From the IMG/VR virus record IMGVR_UViG_3300027771_001853, positions 233,624 through 297,623 of that record: a stretch of DNA of 64,000 nucleotides; one strand, written 5' to 3'. The notes beneath the pieces are model-generated. The model ran no database searches, was not told where the DNA came from, and worked only from the letters and a program-made list of their open reading frames with translations. The translations under genes and the position numbers were made by a program. Below are positions 18,497 through 28,530 of the stretch, piece after piece (within the stretch, counting starts at the first letter, position 1; each line of letters begins with the position of its first letter).

Positions 18497-20374
18497 TTAT
18501 TCCTTAACCTCTTCATATTCCACATCGGTAGTACTTTCTTCTACTGGTGGTTCTTGATTTACGTCCTCTTCCCCTTCTTGGGTAGTTTCGTAAAGTTTAG
18601 TACTTATTTCGTTCCAATCACTAGTTAGTTTTTCCTTTAAGGTTGTTATAGTTTCCATATTTTTACCTTCTACGGCCTCTTTTAGTTCTTTTAAAGCACT
18701 TTCTAATTTAGTTTTATCTGAGTCGTCTAATTTATCACCAAATTCTTCAATTTGTTTTTCTGTTTGGAAGATTAGTCCATCTGCCTCATTTAAAGTATTA
18801 ACATCTTCTTTCTTTTTCTTGTCTTCTTCTGCGTTTGCTTCAGCATCTGATTTCATTTTTTGGATTTCCTCATCAGACAAACTACTACCGGACTCAATCT
18901 TAATATTATGTTCTTTACCGGTACCCTTATCTTTAGCTTTAACAGTTATTATCCCATTAGCGTCAATATCAAATGTTACCTCAACCTGTGGAATCCCTCT
19001 AGGTGCTGGTGGAATGTCTGTTAGTTGGAACCTACCTAGTGTTCTATTATCTGGTGCCATAGACCTTTCTCCTTGTAAGACATGAATGTCTACCGCTGGT
19101 TGGTTATTTACCGCTGTGGAGAAAACTTCACTTTTGGACGTTGGTATTGTTGTGTTTGATTCTATTAACGTTGTCATCACACCACCCATAGTTTCTATAC
19201 CAAGTGATAGTGGGGTCACATCTAACAATAAAACATCCTTAACATCACCAACTAACACACCACCTTGTATAGCAGCTCCCATCGCTACAACCTCATCCGG
19301 ATTAACTCCTTTAGATGGTTTCTTTTTAAATAATTTTTCTACAGCTGATTGTATGATTGGTATCCTAGTTGACCCACCAACTAAAATTATCTCATCAATC
19401 TCAGTAACTTTTAAACCAGCATCTTTAATTGCCTTTCTACAAGGTGTTAAACTTTTCTTAACTAAAAATTCAACCATAGACTCAAACTTCGCTCTAGATA
19501 ATGTACGAACTAGATGTTTTGGTCCAGTAGTGTCGGCAGTTAAATAAGGTAAGTTTAGTTCTGTAGTTGTTGAGTTAGAGAGTTCTACTTTTGCTTTTTC
19601 AGCCGCTTCTCTTAGACGTTGTAAAGCAGAAGGGTCTTCACTTATATTCATACCACTTTCTTCCTTAAACTCTTCAAGTAACCAATCAACAATCACCTCA
19701 TCAAAATTATCACCACCTAAATGTGTGTCACCATTTGTGGATTTTACTTCGAACACACCACCAGATATTTCCAATATAGAAATGTCAAAAGTACCACCAC
19801 CTAAATCATAAACAGCGATAGTTTTATCTTTTGTCTCGTTTATACCGTACGCTAATGCTGCAGCAGTTGGTTCGTTGATGATTCTTAGTACGTTTAGTCC
19901 CGCGATTTCACCAGCTTCTTTTGTAGCTTGTCTTTGTGAATCATTAAAGTATGCTGGTACCGTTATTACCGCGTCTGTTACCGTTTCTCCTAGGTATTCT
20001 TCTGCTGTTTTTTTCAGATTCTGTAATATTACAGCTGATATTTCTTGTGGAACGTATGTTTTACCATCTACAACCACATTAACATTTTCGTCACTACCTT
20101 TTTTTACTGTATAAGCCATTTTTTTAGCTTCTTTACTTACCTCATCAAACTTACTACCTATAAAACGTTTTACAGAGTAAATTGTATTTGTTGGGTTTGT
20201 TACTGCTTGTCTTTTTGCTGGGTCCCCAACAACTCTATCACCATCTTTAAACGATATAACCGAAGGTGTTGTTCTTTTACCCTCCGAATTAACAATTATT
20301 GTGGGTGACCCACCTTCTACTACTGAAACACATGAGTTTGTAGTACCTAAATCTATTCCAATTACTTTTGTCAT
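18497..20374 (-). CDS. dnaK: Hsp70 chaperone DnaK
   Basis: [62 protein letters not shown]. Confidence 0.98.
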   Translation of the reverse strand: MTKVIGIDLGTTNSCVSVVEGGSPTIIVNSEGKRTTPSVISFKDGDRVVGDPAKRQAVTNPTNTIYSVKRFIGSKFDEVSKEAKKMAYTVKKGSDENVNVVVDGKTYVPQEISAVILQNLKKTAEEYLGETVTDAVITVPAYFNDSQRQATKEAGEIAGLNVLRIINEPTAAALAYGINETKDKTIAVYDLGGGTFDISILEISGGVFEVKSTNGDTHLGGDNFDEVIVDWLLEEFKEESGMNISEDPSALQRLREAAEKAKVELSNSTTTELNLPYLTADTTGPKHLVRTLSRAKFESMVEFLVKKSLTPCRKAIKDAGLKVTEIDEIILVGGSTRIPIIQSAVEKLFKKKPSKGVNPDEVVAMGAAIQGGVLVGDVKDVLLLDVTPLSLGIETMGGVMTTLIESNTTIPTSKSEVFSTAVNNQPAVDIHVLQGERSMAPDNRTLGRFQLTDIPPAPRGIPQVEVTFDIDANGIITVKAKDKGTGKEHNIKIESGSSLSDEEIQKMKSDAEANAEEDKKKKEDVNTLNEADGLIFQTEKQIEEFGDKLDDSDKTKLESALKELKEAVEGKNMETITTLKEKLTSDWNEISTKLYETTQEGEEDVNQEPPVEESTTDVEYEEVKE

Positions 20375-20375
20375 A

Positions 20376-20837
20376 TTAACTTATTTTTATTTGTTTTTTA
20401 TTATTACTATTTTTTACTAATTTAGGTATAACTATACCTAAAACACCATTTTCTACCTTTGCTTTAATATTGTCGATATCAACATTATCTGGTAACCTAT
20501 AATCCAACTCTAGTTCTGTATTATAGAACTCTCTTCTTAAATAAGTTATTTTCTCCGCTTTACTGTCATATAAGTCATGATGCTCTTCAGCTACTGACGT
20601 TACCACTAAAACCCCATTTTCTACTATTACCGTGATATCGTTTTTTGTTAGTCCTGGGGCTTGCATTTCTAACATATAAGATTTGTTAGTTTCTAACAAA
20701 TTACTCCTATAACTACCTAACCCACCATAACTCGAATCTTTAGTTTTGTTAAAGTTTTCATCTTGTTGTTCATGAAGGTTATCAGTAAAGAAATCATCAA
20801 TGACTCTAGTTAAATCTGCTTTTGTTTTGTAATCCAT
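20376..20837 (-). CDS. small heat-shock protein (Hsp20, alpha-crystallin domain)
   Basis: [19 protein letters not shown] and [25 protein letters not shown]; start reassigned to MDYKTK. Confidence 0.92.
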   Translation of the reverse strand: MDYKTKADLTRVIDDFFTDNLHEQQDENFNKTKDSSYGGLGSYRSNLLETNKSYMLEMQAPGLTKNDITVIVENGVLVVTSVAEEHHDLYDSKAEKITYLRREFYNTELELDYRLPDNVDIDNIKAKVENGVLGIVIPKLVKNSNNKKQIKIS

Positions 20838-20916
20838 AATTTTATTCTTTTTTATAAATTTATTAATTTTTATTCTTTTATTCAAGTAATTTATATTACT
20901 TTTACATTACCTTTAA

Positions 20917-20933
20917 TACAATTACTGTACCAA
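20917..20933 (-). promoter_or_regulatory. sigma54-like -24/-12 element upstream of hsp20-dnaK
   Basis: Minus strand TTGGTACAGTAATTGTA = GG-N10-GT, one change from TGGCAC-N5-TTGC. Confidence 0.4.
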
Positions 20934-20954
20934 AAGCAAATATATAAAAAAATA

Positions 20955-20969
20955 ATGACATAATGTCAT
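20955..20969. promoter_or_regulatory. operator-like inverted repeat between divergent hsp20/dnaK and clpC
   Basis: ATGACAT-A-ATGTCAT, with an extra ATGTCA half-site about 20 nt downstream. Confidence 0.5.
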
Positions 20970-21025
20970 ATTAGGAAGTAAAAATGTCACTAGGTTAATA
21001 TTTTTACATTTTATAAAACATTTTA

Positions 21026-21033
21026 TATATTTG
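21026..21033 (+). promoter_or_regulatory. Bacteroidota RpoD-type -7 element for clpC
   Basis: TATATTTG matches TAnnTTTG, 24 nt upstream of ATG. Confidence 0.65.
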
Positions 21034-21057
21034 TTTAAACAATTTAAATTATAATAT

Positions 21058-23106
21058 ATGAAAGAAATAATAAAATCGTCATTCTCGGGTATCGAAGAAG
21101 ATGGAGCTCAAAGTAAAAAACCAAAGAAAAGTAAATCAGAGAAAACATCTAGAACACCCATATTAGATAACTTTTCTAGAGATTTAATAAAATTAGCTAG
21201 TGAAGGAAAATTAGACCCTGTGGTCGGTAGACAAGCTGAAATAACTAGAGTAGCACAAATATTATGTAGGAGAAAGAAAAATAATCCTGTTTTGATAGGT
21301 GGTCCTGGTTGTGGTAAAACAGCTTTGGCTGAGGGATTGGCACTTAAAATACATAGTGGTAAATGCCCACGTAACTTATTAGATAAAAAAATAGTTGCAT
21401 TAGAACTAACTAGTTTAGTTGCTGGTACAAAATACAGGGGACAATTCGAAGAAAGAATGAAAGCTGTATTGGAGGAATTAAGGGATAATCCAGATATTAT
21501 AATTTTTATAGACGAATTACATACTGTCGTAGGTACAGGAAATTCATCTGGTTCACTAGATGCAGCTAATATCTTTAAACCAGCTTTAGCTAGAGGTGAA
21601 CTACAATGTATAGGAGCTACCACATTAGATGAGTATAGGGAGAATATAGAAAAGGATGGTGCATTAGAAAGAAGGTTCCAAAAAGTTATGGTAGAACCAA
21701 CCACTGTAGAGGAAACATTAAAGATATTAACCAACCTTAAATCGAAATACGAAGACCACCATAAAGTGGTTATTAGTAACGAAATACTAAAACTTTGTGT
21801 TCAATTAGCTGAAAGATATATAACACATAGAGAATTTCCTGATAAAGCTATCGATATAATGGATGAGGTTGGTGCTAAGGTACAAGTAGATATAGAGTTC
21901 CCAGATGAAATAGAAAATTTACGTAAGAGCATTGGTAAGTTGGGTGATGAGAAAAAATCAGTAGTTAAGTCACAACAATATGAAAAGGCAGCACACCTTA
22001 GAGATAAGGAATTAAAATTAATAACTAAGTTGGATGATTTAAAACTTGCGTGGGAAATAGAAATGGAGGAGCAAAGGACAGTTGTAAGTGTGGACGATTT
22101 ATACACTGTGGTTTCTCAGATGACAAAAATACCATTAGCTAGATTATCTGAAAATGAAATGGCTAGTTTAATAGAATTAGAATCACAGTTAAAAAACTAT
22201 GTAGTTGGTCAAGATGAAGCTATTGAAAAAGTTTGTAAAGCTATAAGAAGAAATAGAGTTGGTATTAGAGATGGTTCTAAACCTATAGGTACGTTTATGT
22301 TTTTAGGTCAAACAGGTATAGGTAAAACACATTTAGCTAAATCACTAGCAAAAGAAATATTTGGTTCTGAAGATTCTCTTATTAGGGTAGATATGTCAGA
22401 ATATCAAGAAAAATTTAACACTTCTAGGTTGATAGGTTCTCCTCCTGGTTACGTTGGGTACAACCAAGGTGGTCAATTAACTGAAGCCGTTAGAAATAAA
22501 CCCTACAGTGTTGTATTATTTGACGAGATAGAGAAAGCACATCCAGATGTTTTTAACGTACTTCTACAGGTGTTCGATGATGGGCATATGACTGATGGTA
22601 TGGGTAGAGTTATTAATTTTAAAAATACGTTAATAATTATGACATCCAATATTGGTGTTAAGAAACTACAGGAGTTTGGTAGTGGTATAGGTTTTGATAC
22701 CTCCGCTAGATTAGAGAAAAAAGAAGAAGCGATGAAAGATATTATAGCATCACAATTAAAAAAATCTTTTAGTCCAGAATTCCTAAACAGGGTAGACGAC
22801 ACTATTGTATTTAACCAGTTAGATGAAAAGAACATAGAAGGTATTGTAGAAATGGAACTTAACAACCTTAAGAAAAGATTATTAGATAAAGATTACAATA
22901 TAACGTTCAATGCTTCGGTTAAGAAATTTATAGCTAAAGAATCGTATGATGAAAAGTTTGGTGCAAGACCATTAAAAAGAATGATTCAAAATAAAATAGA
23001 GGACTTTATTTCAGAAGAAATTTTAAAAGGTAAAATAAAAGAAAAAAGCCGTTATTCTATTAGTATGGATAAAAAGACTGAGAAACCTAAATTAAAGAGT
23101 CTTTAA
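21058..23106 (+). CDS. clpC: ClpC-type AAA+ unfoldase lacking the N-terminal Clp-repeat domain
   Basis: GGPGCGKT, IFIDELH, AGTKYRGQFE, UVR-like QQYEKAAHLRDKE, GQTGIGKT, PPGYVGY, LFDEIEK, ClpP-docking GIGF; only about 30 residues before the first ATPase-proximal helix. Confidence 0.9.
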   Translation: MKEIIKSSFSGIEEDGAQSKKPKKSKSEKTSRTPILDNFSRDLIKLASEGKLDPVVGRQAEITRVAQILCRRKKNNPVLIGGPGCGKTALAEGLALKIHSGKCPRNLLDKKIVALELTSLVAGTKYRGQFEERMKAVLEELRDNPDIIIFIDELHTVVGTGNSSGSLDAANIFKPALARGELQCIGATTLDEYRENIEKDGALERRFQKVMVEPTTVEETLKILTNLKSKYEDHHKVVISNEILKLCVQLAERYITHREFPDKAIDIMDEVGAKVQVDIEFPDEIENLRKSIGKLGDEKKSVVKSQQYEKAAHLRDKELKLITKLDDLKLAWEIEMEEQRTVVSVDDLYTVVSQMTKIPLARLSENEMASLIELESQLKNYVVGQDEAIEKVCKAIRRNRVGIRDGSKPIGTFMFLGQTGIGKTHLAKSLAKEIFGSEDSLIRVDMSEYQEKFNTSRLIGSPPGYVGYNQGGQLTEAVRNKPYSVVLFDEIEKAHPDVFNVLLQVFDDGHMTDGMGRVINFKNTLIIMTSNIGVKKLQEFGSGIGFDTSARLEKKEEAMKDIIASQLKKSFSPEFLNRVDDTIVFNQLDEKNIEGIVEMELNNLKKRLLDKDYNITFNASVKKFIAKESYDEKFGARPLKRMIQNKIEDFISEEILKGKIKEKSRYSISMDKKTEKPKLKSL

Positions 23107-26100
23107 ATTGTCATCACAACAACCCTTAACTTTTCTACAGAAACAACACCAATAATCCTAATTGTGTTATAGTTCATTATAGTAATGGTCACAGACGCGT
23201 CTCCAAGTAGTTTCATATCTCCACTAGCCCCATCGGTACTACCAATTAAGGAAATTAACACATCTCTACTATTAAGGTTGTGTGTCACATAAATCGAAGA
23301 ACCCACACCTAGGATGAAAGTGTTAAAATGGTCGGTAGTATATTTTCTAGCTAGTCCCATCTCGGTACTACCTGATGAAAGTGTACTACTTGGTGATGGG
23401 ATTTTTATTGAACCTGAACCTTGTGTATTTGCTGAGTAGACTGTTGACCCTGTTATCCACCCATTTGATATACTTATCCCTCTATCATCAGGGGTATTAA
23501 GCTCGACGTTACCAATAGTAGCTTTTAATACTAGTTTAGTACCTTTTACTTCTGATATTATCTCACTGTCACCAAATTTAGTTTTACCTTCTTCCGATTC
23601 TATTGTACTTTTACCACCTAGAGTGATATATGAACTTGCGTGTACACTTGTGGCTGAAACAGTATTACCGGTTAAGAATGTAGCCGTTATACCACCAATC
23701 ACATCTAGTTTACCATCTTCACCACCACCTTTCAGTCCAGAATTTAATGTTAATACACCATCTACAGTTGTATCACCACTAATGTTAGTTGTCCCACTAA
23801 ATGTTACCGGAACTCGTCCAAAACCTACAGAGTATGGCCAAATAACAACTATATTATCATCTGCTCTAAATAAGGGAGTACCAGGGTATGTGGTAGCGGT
23901 TATTGTTAAACCACCATTAATTGTAACATTTTTATTAAATTTACTATCCTCAGAGAATGAAGTCACACCAGAAACTCTTAATGCCCCATCTAAAATAGTG
24001 TTTCCTGTTACTTCAAATTGAGTGGGGGTACTAGCGTTTCTAAATCTAGCGATAAGTAGTTCACTTCCTTTTTCATCGCCATCAGGTGACCCTTGTATCC
24101 TTAAACTATCCTTGGTGGTACCATTATTATTTATTGTTAATCTACTACTAAAGTCTTGGTTAGACTCGTACCCACCAAAACCAGACGGTGTTCCAACCAT
24201 AACACTATCACCACTAATTGTTAATGTTTGATTTGTTGAACTACCTGTGAAGATACCAAATGGTGTATAACTACCATGACCAACGGCTATCCCAGAAGGT
24301 GATAGTTTTATCTGAGCTAGATTATACAATGGGTTTATGTTTTCAGATGTGGATTTTACCACTAAACCTGCTCCCACATTACTTCTACCTAAGAAATGAG
24401 CTACCACACTATTTTTACATGCCGCACTTAACGCTGGTTGTAAATCACTAGCTTCGATAGAAAGTGCTGCTGATGGGATGAAAGACAATCGTTGAGGGGT
24501 TACAGCTAAACCACTAGTTATTTGTGTTGTACTGGCTAGAATAATATTAGTACCATCTGGTCCTTCACCGGTTGCACCACAAGCGGTGATGTTTGCTGTG
24601 ACCAAACTACAAGCACTTAACACCCCTAAGACTTGGGTATTACCCGATATCAGACCACCGGAAGTGGTTGAGGACCTGGAGGAACTTGAGGTTTTAAAGT
24701 CTTGGAAATCCTTTACCTTAATAGCTCCGAACCCACCCGGTTTATTAGGGTCTAACTCTCTAACTAGAATTTGTGTTAACGTTGTTGAGGTCATTGCTGA
24801 CTGTACGTTTAATAAATTTGTGTATGACGTATCAGCACTATAAGCGAATATATCTTGTCCCGCAAGTATACTACTGTTGACCGCACTTGGTGCTATATGA
24901 TGGTTATACCCAGCTAATACCGCTGAGTTATTTCCAGTAATATGGTTGTTTCTACCTGCAAGTACGGATGACGAATTACCGTTAATAAGATTTTTTTGCC
25001 CTCCTAATATTGTAGAATATTGTGAAAGGGTACTAGCACTATTTAAAGAACCATTAAGTATTGTGTTGTATTGTTGTATGTTGGATATTGAATTGGCGGT
25101 AATAACTATTAGGTTTTGATTACCGTTAACTATTGTATTGTATGAGTTCTGGGTGGAAGTTCTGACTGGGTCAGCACCAGGTACCATCTGTACAGTATTT
25201 GTCCTACCAATAATGTTGTTGGTATTACCATTAATTATTGAATTACTTTTTGGTTGGTACGATGTTATTGTCTGATTTTGGCCATTGAGTATCTGGTTAT
25301 TTTGACTTTCTTTCAGACCACCCTTAGTATCGATAGTATTATAGTAACCATTTAGTATGGTCCCATATGATGTGGCTCCTGACTTTATGCGGTTATTTAC
25401 TCCAGTTCCTATAAGATTAGCCGTCCATCCACTTATCGCATTACCATATCCACCGGCAATTACATTACCTACACCACCCGCACGTCCACCGGAAGCCGTA
25501 CTAAAACCAAATTGTCCTGATATTTTATTCCAAGCTCCACTAATAATAGTTGATATGGAACCACTAAGAATGTGGTTACCGGTACCACCTACAACTGTAT
25601 TACCAATATAAACTGATGCATTTGAACCTCCAGCCCAGAATTTGTCTTTAGGTCTTATTAGGTTGGTACTCCCTATGGTACCCCCACTAAGCATATCACC
25701 ACCACCAAGAATTTGTGACCACTCAGAGGTTATAACGTTTTCATTAGGTCCTCCTGGTGATGTCGGGTTCCATGAATTTATCGGTCCTGCCCATTTATAT
25801 GGTGAAAGAAAGTTATTACATGTATCTGCTGTAACTGTTGTCCCCGAATTAGTATATAAATAAAGAGTACACCCTATTGTATGTGCAGAAACAACATAAC
25901 TATCTCCACTCATAAATTGTGGCTGTACTGAACCTGGTACTGGTGCCCATCTTGCTCTACCATCTGCATTTACACCAGCTAGGAATACGTTTGGACTTCC
26001 GGAATAGGCTGGACTATTAGGGATTATTATATTATTAGCTGCACCTCCATGATAATGGAATGGTCTGTCACCATCCCCAGTGTCTGTCCACACATTTAAT

Positions 26101-28529
26101 CCGTGTGTGTATGTTGTTTGGGAGGTTCTAGCTGTTATTGCGTTACCCCCTAATATTGCTGATGATGATGCTGTGTTAAATATAGTATTTCCAGTACCAC
26201 CTAGTATGTGACCACCATCAGCTAAAACTGTACTACCTGAACTACTTAATATAGTCGCAAATTTAGCACCACCAACATAATTACGAGTACCAGAAACATG
26301 ACTAAATGTAGTAGCCGAATTTAGATTATTATGATGACCGTGAATATTATTCCAACTAGAATTGTATACAAAATTTGTAATACCAAAAATTGTATTACCA
26401 GAACTACTTATTTCTAAATTACTTAACCCTTTTAAATGTGAATGTTCTCCCGCTCCTACACCACCAATAATGTTATTACTTTGACCTAACAGACTTGAAA
26501 AATTCCCAGAGGATAATCTCAGATTACCTTGTCCCATGAAAAAACCATGTTTACCCCCAAAAGTTATGTTGCCAACTCCGAACATAAGGTTGTACCCACC
26601 ATTAGTAGAGTTAAGTGCAGCATTGGATGAACCCCCTAGTATGTTGGTGTAGGTTTCAAAGTTATTATTCATACTCCCTCCTTGTACGTTACCATACAAA
26701 CCAGTAGTTTGGTTAAGTCCTAAAACTGGCATTATTGAATTGGTTCCAATCCCAAACTTATAAGGTCCTGCATTAGAACAAGTGTCAGCGGTTAAGGTTG
26801 TACCTGAATTAGTTACACCATACCAAGTACACCCACTTGTGTAGGCAGTTAACATATACACGTCAGAACCACTAAAACTAGTTATCCCACTTGGGATTAG
26901 ATTTGCTAAATTTTTCCACTTTGCGTGACCGTCATTATCATGAGAAACTAAAACTCTACCTAATCCTTGGTCTGCGTTTATACCGTGATATTGAAGCCAG
27001 TTACCGTTTGGTGTGTTTCCAGCTACATCAGAATTAACATTTAACCCTCTTAAATATGTTGTTTGAGCCGACATAGCGGTTAATTGTGAGGCCCCTATAA
27101 TCGCGGATGATATTGCTGTTTTTTCAATAGTATTTCCACTACCACCAACAATAACAACATCACTATTTTCATGTACCCTATTAAGAGTACCACCTACTAT
27201 GACTGAACTCTCACTACCATCCAAATCATTATTATTACCACCCACTATTGCACTATAGGTAGAAGCTGAAATTTCATTCTGAGTACCCCCTAGTATAGCA
27301 CTTCTAGTACTACCACTTATAACGTTAACTCCACCACCACCTATAAAACTTGCAGTACTGTATTTAAATTTATTAGCAGTACCTCCGACTATAACCGACT
27401 GTAGGCTCCCCGACATCACACTGTTAATACCACCGACTATAGCTCCGTATGCACTACCGTGTAAAAAATGGTTACTACCACCAACAATAGCACTGTAATA
27501 TGAAGGGACTCTAACAGTAGCTATTATCTTAGAACTAGTGGAACCAAGAATACTACTATATGATTCACCGGATATGGTATTTAATATACCACCAGCTATA
27601 ACATTATGTTGGTCATTTGAACCGGCTACTATTTTATTTTGTTTTCCAGCAAAAATACCTGATGAAGTGAACCCACCTTGTATAATATTACTATTACCAG
27701 CAGCGATTACATTGTCTTCTGAATTTATGCCCGACATAACTATATTATGTCTACCACCACCAATAACACTATATTTAGCGTTGGCTTGGTTTGCTCCTAG
27801 TTTTGGTTCTATAGATTGTAGTGCTTTTCCATAACGATATGGTCCAAAATCTTCACACGTATTAGCACTAAACGTTTGGTGTCCTGTATTAGAGGAATAA
27901 ACTAAGAATGTCGTACATCCTGTCGTATACCCACTTACTAAGAATGTTGCACCAGTTAAATTAACAGGTATAATATCATTCCCTCTTTTTACGCTATTAG
28001 TGGTACTATCCCAAATTAAATTGTAATCACCACCAACAGCAACATCCCTAACCATTAAATCACCAGCAATATCTAAAGTCGCTAATGGAGCTAACTTTCT
28101 AATACCTACAGTACCACCACTAGTTATTACTAATTGATGGTCTTGGGCAAAAGTAGTTCCAGTGGCGATAGTATATGTGTTGTAACTTCCCGTACCATTA
28201 CTAAAATCTACACCTGCTGCCCATATCGCGTTACCGACACCTATATCGCCTTTCCTATGTACTATGTAGGAATCTGTTTCATTTCTTGTTTGGAAGTTAA
28301 GTATAGCGTCACCCCCATCAGATACTATGGCTGCTTCTGAAGAGGCACCATCTCTAAATAATTCTAAATCCCAATCTGGTAAACTAGTACCCATACCAAT
28401 TTTCCCACCACTTCTAACGATAAAGTCAGCTATCCCAGTTCCTGAGTGTACAACACTAAATCCAGTGTATGAATCATTATCACCTTGACCCCAAACCCTT
28501 AAAGAGCCATATAAATCATTAATTCCCAT
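23103..28529 (-). CDS. giant fibre/adhesin-like protein (1808 aa) with Hep/Hag-like SxIxGGxxNxI repeats
   Basis: Dozens of about 14-15 aa repeats (e.g. SAILGGTQNEI, SVIVGGTLNRV), G(I/M)GT..P...L repeats near the N-terminus, C-terminal THNLNSRDVLISL domain. Confidence 0.8.
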   Translation of the reverse strand: MGINDLYGSLRVWGQGDNDSYTGFSVVHSGTGIADFIVRSGGKIGMGTSLPDWDLELFRDGASSEAAIVSDGGDAILNFQTRNETDSYIVHRKGDIGVGNAIWAAGVDFSNGTGSYNTYTIATGTTFAQDHQLVITSGGTVGIRKLAPLATLDIAGDLMVRDVAVGGDYNLIWDSTTNSVKRGNDIIPVNLTGATFLVSGYTTGCTTFLVYSSNTGHQTFSANTCEDFGPYRYGKALQSIEPKLGANQANAKYSVIGGGRHNIVMSGINSEDNVIAAGNSNIIQGGFTSSGIFAGKQNKIVAGSNDQHNVIAGGILNTISGESYSSILGSTSSKIIATVRVPSYYSAIVGGSNHFLHGSAYGAIVGGINSVMSGSLQSVIVGGTANKFKYSTASFIGGGGVNVISGSTRSAILGGTQNEISASTYSAIVGGNNNDLDGSESSVIVGGTLNRVHENSDVVIVGGSGNTIEKTAISSAIIGASQLTAMSAQTTYLRGLNVNSDVAGNTPNGNWLQYHGINADQGLGRVLVSHDNDGHAKWKNLANLIPSGITSFSGSDVYMLTAYTSGCTWYGVTNSGTTLTADTCSNAGPYKFGIGTNSIMPVLGLNQTTGLYGNVQGGSMNNNFETYTNILGGSSNAALNSTNGGYNLMFGVGNITFGGKHGFFMGQGNLRLSSGNFSSLLGQSNNIIGGVGAGEHSHLKGLSNLEISSSGNTIFGITNFVYNSSWNNIHGHHNNLNSATTFSHVSGTRNYVGGAKFATILSSSGSTVLADGGHILGGTGNTIFNTASSSAILGGNAITARTSQTTYTHGLNVWTDTGDGDRPFHYHGGAANNIIIPNSPAYSGSPNVFLAGVNADGRARWAPVPGSVQPQFMSGDSYVVSAHTIGCTLYLYTNSGTTVTADTCNNFLSPYKWAGPINSWNPTSPGGPNENVITSEWSQILGGGDMLSGGTIGSTNLIRPKDKFWAGGSNASVYIGNTVVGGTGNHILSGSISTIISGAWNKISGQFGFSTASGGRAGGVGNVIAGGYGNAISGWTANLIGTGVNNRIKSGATSYGTILNGYYNTIDTKGGLKESQNNQILNGQNQTITSYQPKSNSIINGNTNNIIGRTNTVQMVPGADPVRTSTQNSYNTIVNGNQNLIVITANSISNIQQYNTILNGSLNSASTLSQYSTILGGQKNLINGNSSSVLAGRNNHITGNNSAVLAGYNHHIAPSAVNSSILAGQDIFAYSADTSYTNLLNVQSAMTSTTLTQILVRELDPNKPGGFGAIKVKDFQDFKTSSSSRSSTTSGGLISGNTQVLGVLSACSLVTANITACGATGEGPDGTNIILASTTQITSGLAVTPQRLSFIPSAALSIEASDLQPALSAACKNSVVAHFLGRSNVGAGLVVKSTSENINPLYNLAQIKLSPSGIAVGHGSYTPFGIFTGSSTNQTLTISGDSVMVGTPSGFGGYESNQDFSSRLTINNNGTTKDSLRIQGSPDGDEKGSELLIARFRNASTPTQFEVTGNTILDGALRVSGVTSFSEDSKFNKNVTINGGLTITATTYPGTPLFRADDNIVVIWPYSVGFGRVPVTFSGTTNISGDTTVDGVLTLNSGLKGGGEDGKLDVIGGITATFLTGNTVSATSVHASSYITLGGKSTIESEEGKTKFGDSEIISEVKGTKLVLKATIGNVELNTPDDRGISISNGWITGSTVYSANTQGSGSIKIPSPSSTLSSGSTEMGLARKYTTDHFNTFILGVGSSIYVTHNLNSRDVLISLIGSTDGASGDMKLLGDASVTITIMNYNTIRIIGVVSVEKLRVVVMTI

Positions 28530-28530
28530 A

